Positions 37,589-47,774 of a stretch of DNA of 64,000 nt are shown one piece after another. Source of the DNA: Felis catus (Eukaryota). How positions within the stretch are numbered: position 1 is the stretch's first letter; each line of letters starts with the position of its first letter. Below the pieces are notes generated by a model, which had not been told where the DNA came from, made no database searches, and saw nothing but the letters and a program-made list of their open reading frames with translations. Both the position numbers and the translations under genes were made by a program. The stretch is taken from contig NC_058376.1 in the NCBI RefSeq assembly GCF_018350175.1, positions 10,354,001 through 10,418,000 of the forward strand. Reading direction: 5' to 3'.

Positions 37589-37647
37589 GTGAAAGAAATC
37601 ATTGAATCCCCCGCCTTCAGAAGAGGGTGCATTTTCAGGAGGAAGCG
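37589..37647 (+). other. RUNX1: 5'UTR portion of RUNX1 exon 2
   Basis: GTGAAAGAAATCATTGAATCCCCCGCCTTCAGAAGAGGGTGCATTTTCAGGAGGAAGCG lies directly before the ATG. Confidence 0.9.
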
Positions 37648-37705
37648 ATGGCTTCAGACAGCATATTTGAGTCATTTCCTTCATACCCACAGTGCTTCAT
37701 GAGAG
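37648..37705 (+). CDS. RUNX1: First coding exon of RUNX1, P1 (RUNX1c/AML1c) isoform; 19 codons plus 1 nt, phase-1 donor
   Basis: Translates to MASDSIFESFPSYPQCFMR(E), the RUNX1c-specific N-terminus (RUNX2 and RUNX3 P1 begin MASNS). It is followed by a consensus donor AG|GTGAGT at 37706. The next exon (ECILGMNPSRDVH) is not in the window, as expected for the very long P1 intron. Confidence 0.97.
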
Positions 37706-37759
37706 GTGAGTACGCGCTGGTCTTTCGATACCTTCTTTGGCTCGGCTTTGCAGATAACG

Positions 37760-38820
37760 AAATGGCAGCTTGTCGTAACTCGGGGCGCGTAGCTCCCGTC
37801 GATTCCCTGTCGGTTTGGTGGAAGGAATTCAAACTCAGGCGTATGATTACAAGGCTATTGGATTACTTATTCATCAGATGGCAGCTCTTCAGAAATGTTT
37901 TAATAAATACTTAGCTAAGCTGTTGAAGTGTTCAGTCGGTGTGTGAGAACTTTGTCAAGTGCAAGTAAGTTGGGCTGTTCCTGATTAAAGTCCTAGAGAT
38001 GATAAAGCTCGCAAGAAGCCGTCTGGGTTTGCTTTTCTGCCCCTTGCCTGCAATGACGGTGGCTGAGCGTCCTGAACTCGGCCCGCCCCGGGGGGGAGGG
38101 GGGGAGGAGAGTGGGGGGGGGGGGGTAGCGGGCACCTGCACAGCTGGCCGGGAGGGCTGGTGCCAGCGTGGGGCGGAGGCGGAGGCAGGCTGGCAGGCAC
38201 CCGTTGGACCAGCCTGGGGACTTCGGGGGCAAAGTGGTAGCTCTGCTGTCCCCTCAAGGGAGAGAGCGCGAGAGCCAGGCGGATCTGTCTGTGTTAGAAC
38301 CACCAGGATGGGGCCACGCTCCTCGTGGCCTCAGTGCAAAGCGGCAGCCGGCGTCCTTGGGGGGGGGGGGGGGGGGGAATGCAAGTTGTCGCCTACGGAG
38401 AGATCTCTGTCTCCCTCTGCGCAAAGAGCAATGAAACCGTTTCCTAAGTCTAGCGTCGTGTCGCAGCCCGGGTCATTAGACGGTGCGCTTCCTCATTGGA
38501 ACGGCCCGTGTGGAAACGCTCGTCTGCAGTGTCGCAGGCAGCCTCGCGAAATGTGCAAAGCGGCGCCGGGGCCGCGGCTCTGGGTGTGCGAGTACGCGTG
38601 CGCGTGTGCGTTTTGCGCGGCGCTGGTGGGAAAAGAGGGCCGTGCTTCAACAAACAGAAATAATAAGAACATAAGAATGTCGCGAAGGCAGAGCAGTGTG
38701 TCGGGGCTCGCACTCTGACCGACGCCTGCAAAATGCGGCTTGATGGTTTGGCAGAGCCGGGACGGAGTGGGATCGGCCGGGGGAATAATTAATTTTCTGG
38801 CTACAAACTCTCGCGCGCAC
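37760..38820. promoter_or_regulatory. CpG-dense island-like block at the start of the P1 intron
   Basis: 27 CpGs counted by hand in 38451-38640; GC-rich throughout. Confidence 0.75.
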
Positions 38821-38973
38821 CCAAATAGGATCTGTGACTCATTATTTGTTCATACAGCCAAATGAGCAGGGGAATGCAGAAGGCTGCCAGCCACTTTGTC
38901 ACAACAAATGCTATTGTGAATGTCACAGGGCCTGTATGTTTCCGGGTCCCTGAAATGTAAAAACTTGACAAAG

Positions 38974-38974
<1 letters not shown>

Positions 38975-39016
<42 letters not shown>
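38975..39016. repeat. (TG)21 microsatellite
   Basis: Direct reading. Confidence 0.95.
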
Positions 39017-39017
<1 letters not shown>

Positions 39018-40099
39018 AGGGTGGGGGGGGGGGGGAGGATTTCAGGAGAAGGGGAAGAAAGCAAGTCATTAACCGATTCAAAGCTTCAAATTAGAGGGTT
39101 TGCAAATGCTTCTTTACTGGCAGCCGAGGAAATTTTAGTGAAGTTGAATCATGCGATGCGTGTGAGTCACACGCCTTTGTCGCAGAGCAGCGCCGGGCTC
39201 CTGTGGCAGAGACGCCGGCCGCTGGTGAGAAGCTGTTAGGCTGCTCCCTGGCTGCATTTCCTCTGGGCCACTAATGAGCAAAGGAAGCAATATTTGTAGA
39301 ATAACAGAAAGAAAGGTCTTCCTGCCTTCACTCCGCTTTCAATACCCTCCACACAATTATTGTTATCAAACTCAGGAAGGCAGAGTCAGGAAATTTGAAA
39401 ACATTCCATTGGGCAATAGATTGGATTTGGGGCACGGTGTGAGGCTGCCTTCAAAGCTGTCCTTACCGGCCAGACGGCAGAGACGGGGAAGGGACCCAGG
39501 GACCGGCTCAAATACAGGAAATAGAAGGCGGCCCGGCCCTCGCACAGCCCCATAGCTCCTGTGCTAACGCAGGTCACTGAGCCGCCCCAGGTTAGGAACA
39601 GGGGCAGTTTGCTTTGAAGTGAGTGGGGGAGAGAGAGCCCTGAGACTCGAATCAAGACTCAGCAGGGCTATTGGCAAAAGCCCTCGGTGTCAGGAGAAGG
39701 AACTTAGGGGCTTTTACAGTCTCTAACTTGAATAATATTACACTGAGATTTCATTTCAGGGAGCCAAAGTGAAATCTTAGCAATTTCCCAGTTAGTTTTA
39801 GCAAGGTGACCCGCCAATGGAGGGTCTGCACCGTCGGGATCAGCCTTCCGCGCTCACTGGAGCCAGAGGGGTGGCCAAAGGTCCTTGCTTTCGGGGCCTC
39901 TTGGGCCCTGCCTGAGAGCGTGATGCTAGGAGAATCGTGTCTGGTCATCTCCAGCAAATGGTTCTCTCTCGGCATTCTTAGCCACATTCCCGAAGACTGG
40001 CCATTAGCAGCGCTCAGCCCCGTGGTCATTTCTTGCTACATAAAATCTATGGCGAATGTTCCCTCCCTGGAGCTCTGAACTACGGGGGTGGGAAACAAC

Positions 40100-40560
40100 G
40101 CCTGGTTTTCCTCCTGGGACGGGACTTTATCAGTCCGTGCAATCCTCACAGGAGGAAACCCGTAGCTCATTTTCGGCAGAGACATCCATGTGGAAACCGG
40201 GAGGGACGAGAGGGGTGGGACCAAGCAAACCACTGTTCCCTTGCCTTGAGAGGCAAGCAAGGGTCTAAAAGAGTGGCATGCAAAATGAATGTGGTCTACC
40301 ACAGAGAATGCCTCTCTGCTCCCACCATGCCGCCCCACACTCTCACTTCATTTGCTTAGGTGAGAAGGTTAGACGTGACGGACGTTCCCTGGGAGGAACG
40401 AACACGCGTGGTTCGCGCCGCGGCGTTCTTGCAGAACCCACACTGGTGTCCCCCCACGAGGCCCAAGGCGTCGGCCCCCAGGGCAAGTGGTAGATGTGAA
40501 AGAGGAAAGTTGTGGCACATGCGAACTTTTGCACAATGCCTCAGGTAGCCTTGTTCTTAG
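40100..40560. promoter_or_regulatory. Candidate intronic hematopoietic enhancer (about +2.6 kb)
   Basis: GATA at 40127, inverted RUNX pair TGTGGTCTACCACA at 40290-40303, PU.1-like AGAGGAAAGT at 40501, C/EBP TTGCACAAT at 40529. Confidence 0.5.
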
Positions 40561-40860
40561 AAGTGGCTTACTAGTCTATGCAAAGCCCGAATGCTAATAT
40601 GCCTCTGAGTTCCTAGAACCACAGGTAAAAAAAAAAAAAAAAAATCTCAGCGAGGCTGACTCACGACTGTCTTCTTGGAGGGTATCTTTCAAAGGGAATG
40701 GCAGAATACAAGGCCGAGTGAAGCGTGCTCCTCTGGGAGCCTCTGTGTGCCACTATTTTCAGGAAAACCTTCGCCAAGACGCTTCTGGCGCGACCGGAGA
40801 GTCAAGATCACAGAAAGCCGTAGATTAACTTGGGCATCCGTAGTTTGAAAGGTGTGAAAT

Positions 40861-41278
40861 CTGTATCATTTTTCTGGAGCCGCCATGGCGAAGCATCACA
40901 GGCTGGGGGGCTAAAACCGTGGAGATGTAGGGTCTCATGACTCTGGAGACCAGAAGTCTCATTGAGAAGTCTGGTCGAGGTTTATTTCTGGAAAGGTTCA
41001 AGGTGCCGGGAGGATTGGTTTCTTCTGAGGCCTCTCTCCTTGGCTCGCGGGTGGCCGTCTTCTCGCGCGTGTGTTCGCGTGATCCTCTCCGTGTATATCT
41101 GTGTCCCAATCTCCCTTCCTATAGGGACACCGGGCTTGTGGCATCAGGGTCCGCCCTGAATTTACCAGTAATCACCTCTGTAAAAACCCAGCCTCCAAAT
41201 ACAGTCACATTCTGAAGTGTTAGGAGTTAAGAACCCCAACCTATGAATTTTGGAGGGGACCCAGTTCAACCCGTGACA
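40861..41278 (-). mobile_element. MLT1A-like solo LTR
   Basis: TTCTTCTGAGGCCTCTCTCCTTGGC...CTCCAAATACAGTCACATTCTGA...CAACCCGTGACA. Confidence 0.88.
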
Positions 41279-42149
41279 TGCGTCTTAGCAAATCTGACTG
41301 CTTCTGGCCCACCAGGAAACCATACCCTTCCTAGGGCCCCTCCCGGATGTTGAAGACTCAGACCCTAGCCCCCTACCCCGTGCGAAACGGAGCCTCACAT
41401 CTTGAAACTGCCCACACATTTTGAAACTCAGAGGGGGGAAAAAAAGGTGCCAAAAACCGATCTAAACTCACAATCGTACGTTTCGCCATTTAGTTTCTTT
41501 GCACGCTAACAAACCTTTGAAAATGACAAAGCAATTCTGGAGTGTTTAAGTTTTAAAAGAGCAAAAAGCTGTCCCCAGAAGAAGCCAGGCCTCGGTTCTG
41601 TTTCCTCCAGGGGGACTGTCCCCGGATTTCAGAGTCCTTGCAAGGCACACTTCAGCAGCGAGGGTGGATGGCGGGGGTGGGGGAGGGTGTCAGGCCGCAG
41701 GAGGCCCCACATCTGTTCGCACACCAAGTGCAGGCCCAGTGAACAAGCAGTAGCCGAAGTGCCTTCAGAAACGGCAGCCGACCCAGGAGCCAAACAGCCA
41801 GAACCCTTGGAGAGCTTTTGGAAAGAAATCAGGAGCCAGGAGGTTCTTTTGTTGGCTCAAACTAGCCCTGAGATGTGTGCTCAGGAGAGACCTGCCCCTT
41901 TACAGAGAAAGCGGGGCTGGGTCTGATACCCGGGGCCGAGGAAGGCTCCAAGGCCACCACACACGGAGACTCTATTAGAGACACCAGCCCTCGGCTGGGA
42001 GTCGGTGTAGAGAGAGCCCGGAGTTGATGGGAACAGCGAGAGAACAAGGCGGGGCGGTGGGCTGTAGGTGGACCAGGCACGGACAGCCCAGGGATGATGG
42101 ACTTTTCCTTTCCATTTTTCTGGTTTTAGCCGAATGGCAAAAGCAGCTT

Positions 42150-42290
42150 CTTTCGGGAGCCTCGGTTTCCCCGTCTACAAAACAAGGAGGTAGTGGTCGT
42201 ACCTATGGCTAATGCAGCTGTGTGGACTGAATTCAGTAACCTGTGTAATGTGCTTGGCACAGTCACAAAAACAGGCAGTTAAGTATTAGG
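42150..42290 (+). mobile_element. MIR
   Basis: GCCTCGGTTTCCCCGTCTACAAAAC...GTGCTTGGCACAG. Confidence 0.65.
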
Positions 42291-42527
42291 CGGGAACTGA
42301 GAGGAGAGAGGGAAGGGTGGTCTAGGCTGGGGCGGGGGGTGATGTACGGTCTGGGCAGAGGTGATGCAGCGGGAACCCCAGTGGGGTATGGGAGGTGCTA
42401 AGTAAGTCGGCCCGATGGCTTTCCCATCGTCACATCACCCTTCCCTCACTCGGAAGTACCCACAGAGAGGACAGGAGAGAAGCCTGGACCCTTCGTATAG
42501 CTCAACTCAATCATTGTGGCTTTTCTG

Positions 42528-42764
42528 TTTTATAGTTTTTTATTTTTTTTATGTTTATTTATTTTTGAGAGAGAGACAGAGACAGAGAGAGACAGAGTGC
42601 AAGCAGGGGAGGGGCAGAGAGAGAAGGAGACGCAGAATCCGAAGCAGGCTCCCGGCTCCGAGCTGTCCGCGCAGAGCCCGACGCGGGGCTCGAACTCACG
42701 AACCGTGAGATCACGACCTGAGCTCAAGTGGGATCCTTAACCGACTGAGCCACCCAGGCGCCCC
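42528..42764 (-). mobile_element. Can-SINE
   Basis: TSD TGTGGCTTTT at 42515 and 42770. Confidence 0.94.
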
Positions 42765-44799
42765 ACCAGTGTGGCTTTTAAATATGGAGGCTGACTGGGG
42801 TGTGTTGTAACATCAACCTTGACCGATGTATCTCCTCCTCGAGAGCCCTGGTGTAGCTTGATTTTCCTCAAGGCCCTTCTTAAAGAAAAAGCCATTTCGC
42901 CCTTGAACCCCACGCAAGTTCTCCAGGCCTCTGAGAGGCTGCCTATGTTCGTGCGCCTCTGAGACATTTCTGATCACCTACTTTATCAAAGCCCAGAGAT
43001 GGAGAAGCCCTGTCTGCTTCTGTCACTGGGGGAGGGAGCAGAGGCCGCACAGGAAACTCCAGCTTGTTTTCAGTTTCTCAGGTAGCTTCCTAGTGACCTA
43101 GATGAGTCATTGAATGTCTCTGTGTCTCAGTTTTCTACCGAAAGGGGCTGGTAATGTTCTAGACACGCCGGCCTCCGAGTTACAAAGTTCCTGTTCAAAA
43201 TCTTTGAACGCGTCAGAGAGCTGCCCTACAGCACATCACAGAGGCTCCTCTGTGGCTACACGAAGCGGCTATTTTTTTTTTTTAATTATTTTATTTCCTG
43301 ATAGGAAATAGTCCTCCTACCAGTTCGCACACGCAAAGCATTTTCCCGCATTGGCTTGAAAAATTTTCCTTCTAACTCCCGTCCTTTAGAGAATTCTCCA
43401 GAAGCTGCTCTGGTCCCTGAACAGAGATTAAAATCTGCATAACACTTGCCCTGTGACTCTCATTCCTTGACTTCCCCCATCCCTCCTCCTGGGTGCCACC
43501 AATGCCCTGCATTTCCTGAATAAAATAAGGCTTAAGCAATGTGTCTTCCTGGGCCTGTCCCTTCCCCACCAAAAAATGTCATAACTATGATGGCCCACAG
43601 TAGTCGAAAGGGACCATTTCCTTTAAGAGCTTGGCAGGCCCTGCACACAGTCAGAGAGTGCTTCTGGAGAACGATGGATGATTCCTGAACACGTAACCGA
43701 ACGCAAAACCTCAAGTGACTACTGGCGTGCTCCAAAAGTATGCTTCGACACTCCTCTGGATTGCAGACTCCCCCTCTTTGTCCCACTCCCTTGCTCTCTT
43801 AGCTCTCTGAATCTCTCTCTCCCTTCTCCTTCCCCTCCACTCTCCCGATAACACCCAATGATGCCCCCAACGATGCCTGCCGTGCAAGAGAGAGAAAGAA
43901 CTAAGAGAAATAAACTACGTATCCAAAAGATGATTACGGTAATGAATTGTGTCACAGTGACATGCAAAGTGCAAACCTCCTGCTAGAGTTTATCAGTGAG
44001 AATTACATTTGGCTGCATATTTAGGAAAAACTGACTCCAGCCGTTTCAGCAGCCGGGTATTGGCCCACCTCCTGCGGCAGGCGGTTCGGGAGGACAACCC
44101 ACGGCTGGTTCGGAGGGGCCGGGGTGCTCCTGTGTTTGGGCCTGAACCTCAGCTCTGTCCAGGCAGGAAGGAGATCGAGGGCCCAAACCCTCTCTTCATG
44201 AGGCTTTTTGTTCAGCAGAGGAAGAAGCCCGTCTCTGCACACTTCCCCTTGGATGTCTTGTAGGCCAGACCCGGGTCACAAGACCTCAGGCTTGGAAGGT
44301 GTCTGGGACGGTGGGGTTGTCACTTTCCCGCCCTGAGAGGGAAGGGAAGCAGAGGGGGAGGGCAGCTGGGAAGGGGGGTCCAGTGAGCCCCATGCAGCAC
44401 CTTCCAGGACAGCAAATGCTGTTCCCTAGACCGCCTGCTCCCTGATGACATCTCGTCTCATTTGTCCCAACACTTTCCATGTCGGCAGTGCTTTGAAAAT
44501 ACATACGGGGCAACCCCGGGTTCTTCCTCGGATCTTCATGATCCTCTGGAGACGGGATGGGGCGGGGCCCGGAGCTGGTTAAATGGGAGTCAAGGTCACA
44601 CTTATTCTCTTTGTCACACTTGCCTCTCGGGTGAGAGAAGACAAGCAGACAGCCTCACGTCCACGGGAATGCTGCTTATGTGAGAGCCACCACACCTGGC
44701 CTGGGGGGCCGAAGTACCTGTCAGTAACTGGAAATAGTTTACTTTTCCCTCGCCCTGGTCCTTCGCATGCTCAAAAGCTCACGACTGGACACCCTGCAA

Positions 44800-45017
44800 C
44801 TTTTGTTTTTTAAGGTTTTATTTTTGAAAGAAGGAGAGAGAGAGACCGAATTCGAGCAGGGGAGGGGCAGAGAGAGAGGGAGACACAGAATCCGAAGCAG
44901 GCTCCAGGCTCCGAGCTGTCAGCACAGAGCCTGACAGGGGGCTTGAACCCACAGACCATGAGGTGGTGACCTGAGCTGAAGTCGGGCGCTCAACCGACTG
45001 AGCCACCCAGGCGCCCC
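44800..45017 (-). mobile_element. Can-SINE
   Basis: Complete antisense copy. Confidence 0.94.
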
Positions 45018-45021
45018 ATAC

Positions 45022-45054
<33 letters not shown>

Positions 45055-45129
45055 GAGGATTCTTTTCTATAGAATTTCTTGAGAGGAGCTTTTTTTTTTT
45101 TTTTTAACTTGCCCTCCTTAAATTTACCT

Positions 45130-45280
45130 CAAGACGTTTTTATCTGTGACGGAAATAAAACAACCAGATAATAACCCTCTATCTAAGAGATAGAGCACTT
45201 ATTCACACCTTGTTTTCTGCAAGTGATAGATTATTTCTGCTTCGTAATGACCAGCCCTGTCAACTTCCTCAGTCTGGATG
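45130..45280. promoter_or_regulatory. Candidate GATA-cluster enhancer (about +7.5 kb)
   Basis: Five WGATAR motifs in 90 bp plus two ETS cores. Confidence 0.4.
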
Positions 45281-45681
45281 CAAACTACCTCCCTGCAAGC
45301 CAGTGCCTCAGTAAGGAAAACAAAAAAATCTTTACGCAGTATTTCCCTGAAATAAGCAATAATGTAAATCTCTCATTTCGCCTTGCTGTATGATCGATGT
45401 TCACTTAGAGAACCCGCTGATCTCGTGTATGCCAGTGGTCCGCGGTCCTTATGTGTCTATTTTCAGATGGACTTCTTTCTAAACAGGGAGCTCTCCCAGG
45501 CATGTTGGGGGCCCGAAGGTAAAAGAGCCCCCCAAATGGAAATCTCAGTTGGCTAGTTAGGTTTGTTCAATGGCTCCACTGATTTCAAAACTGATGCTTC
45601 ATTGTATAAACTCGCAGCCCGTGTTAAAAGGATTCTAAATCAAGGACTCAACTTGGCAAATCTTGAAACCACGTCCATTAA

Positions 45682-45911
45682 GGGGCGCCTGGGTGGCTCA
45701 GTTGGTTGAGCGTCCGACTTCTTCGGCTCAGGTCATGATCTCACGGTTTGTGAGTTCGAGCCCCGCGTCAGGCTCTGTGCTGACAGCTCGGAGCCTGGAG
45801 CCTGCTTCGAATTCTGTGTCTCCCTCTTTCTCTGCCCCTCCCCCACTCACACTCCGTCTCTCTCCTTCAAAACTAAATAAACATTTAAAAAAATTAAAAA
45901 AAAAAAAAGAA
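45682..45911 (+). mobile_element. Can-SINE
   Basis: TSD GAAACCAC(G/A)TCCATT. Confidence 0.94.
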
Positions 45912-46317
45912 AGAAACCACATCCATTGGGAGAAAGAACTATGTGGCTGTGACATTTGCAAACATGTGGCTACTTTCCCTTCCCGGCTGACTGTCCCACT
46001 TTTGCTCCTGGTGTTTGACGTGTCCTCAGCAAAGACTGTGACTTTTCCAAAGAAATTTTTTCTGATGTCTGATGGAGAATGAAGTCATTAGATGAGCAAG
46101 AAATGAAATCAGTATAGCCCAGGGGCACCAAAAGCAAACTTCTGTTTCTACCTGTCCTGGAGAGCTCTATTAGTCGATATTAGTATATCCGATCAACACT
46201 TAAGTTCTTCTGAAAGTGTGTAGGGTTTCAAACATTTGTTGTTGTTGTTATTGTTGACCTTAAAGAAATATCTAAAACATATTGCAGTAGCCAGTTGGCC
46301 ACATAGGAGTATGTTTA

Positions 46318-46700
46318 TTTTTTTATTTTATTTTTTTTTATATGAATGGCTGTGTGACCATTTTATTCTCTTTTTTTTAATATGAAATTTATTGTCAAAT
46401 TGGTTTCCATACAACACCCAGTGCTCATCCCAACAGGTGCCCTCCTCAATACCCATCACCCACCCACCCCACCCTCCCACCCCCCATAAACCCTCAGTTT
46501 GTTCTCAGTTTTTAGGAGTCTCTTATGTTTTGGCTCCCTCCCTCTCTAATCATTTTTTTTCCTTCCCCTCCCCCATGGTCTTCTGTTAAGTTCCTCAGGA
46601 TCCACGTAGGAGTAAAAACATATGGAATCTGTCCTACTCTGTATGACTTATTTCACTTAGCATAACACTCTCCAGTCCCATCCACGTGGCTACAAAAGGA
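46318..46700 (-). mobile_element. 5'-truncated feline-type L1 with a 3'-transduced tag
   Basis: L1 3' end (GTCAAATTGGTTTCCATACAACACCCAGTGCTCATCC); two poly(T) tracts separated by 31 unique nt; TSD AGTATGTTTA at 46308-17 and 46701-10. Confidence 0.9.
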
Positions 46701-47774
46701 AGTATGTTTAAAAGAGTAAACGGGTCACTTAGAGTCTGAAACGTGCTGCATGGTAATCTGGGCTCACGGGCCACCCTGGGGTGAGCTTTCTAAGGGAGCT
46801 GAAACATCAGAGCTGCTCTCTCATTGCTCAGGGAAAGAGCAATTTCCTTTTGCTCTGCATTTTTTTTCTAAGCGTGCATAGACTTCAATGGTTATTTTTT
46901 CTTGTAGCCTCAAAATGTGCAAAAGAAAACATAGATGAGCTGAAGTACGCTGGCTTGGGGGCCATTTTTTTCCAGAAGCAGTCTTAACATCAACCACAGT
47001 TTGCTGCCTTTTATTACACAGCTTCTGCTGCGCTTTGAACTACGTGCACCAAGCCCCTCATTCCACACACCATCTGCAGGCTGCATCTGGGAGGCCCCAG
47101 CCACCTCCCCAGTGGCCACAGCTGAACTTGACACTCACCCACTTTGCAAGGGTATAATTTATAAAAATCTGAAACTGCATACATGTATAAAATCCCCTGC
47201 AAGGGTCTGGAGAAAATGCGAGGAAGGAAAAAAAGCTCTGGCCTTCTGGAAACTTCTGTCCATCCCCAGCCCTTTACAGGCTGGAGCACATAATGTGGTG
47301 GGAAAGGGTAAAAATGAAATGACATAGGCACTGACAAGGATGAACAGAGAAACTCAGGCGGCAACTCTCTCATTATTGAATCTACTATTTATAAAGATCA
47401 GGGTGGCCATGACTCCCAAAGTTCTAGAGCGGAGGAACAAGTATTAAACAACCTTAAGCAAATATTAGGACTTTGAAGGGTGTGGGGTCATGTAAAGACA
47501 CACAAACGCCAACAATGGAAATTCTGTTCAGCTGCCAATCATCCTACATCATTGCTTCATATTTAAAAATAAAAAAAAAAAAGCTCCTTTTTTTTTGTGT
47601 TGTGTTCAAAACAAAGCAATCATTGTATCTGTGTCATGGAGGTGTATGAATATGTTTAAATAACAAATGAACTATGAGACATCGTCCTGTTTAATATTTC
47701 TAAATTGTGTGTGTGTGTATAGCTTTACATATATAGCTCTATATAGTTTCAGTTGGCATTTGAAACTACATATG

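Noticed and set aside
37627-37647. In-frame GTG giving a 7-aa N-terminal extension of RUNX1c
   Set aside because: Near-cognate start 21 nt upstream, bounded by TGA at 37603; no evidence of use.
37999-38718. 239-aa ORF in the CpG-rich block
   Set aside because: Gly/Ala/Arg-rich frame expected from stop-poor GC-rich DNA and G tracts; no recognisable domain; intronic.
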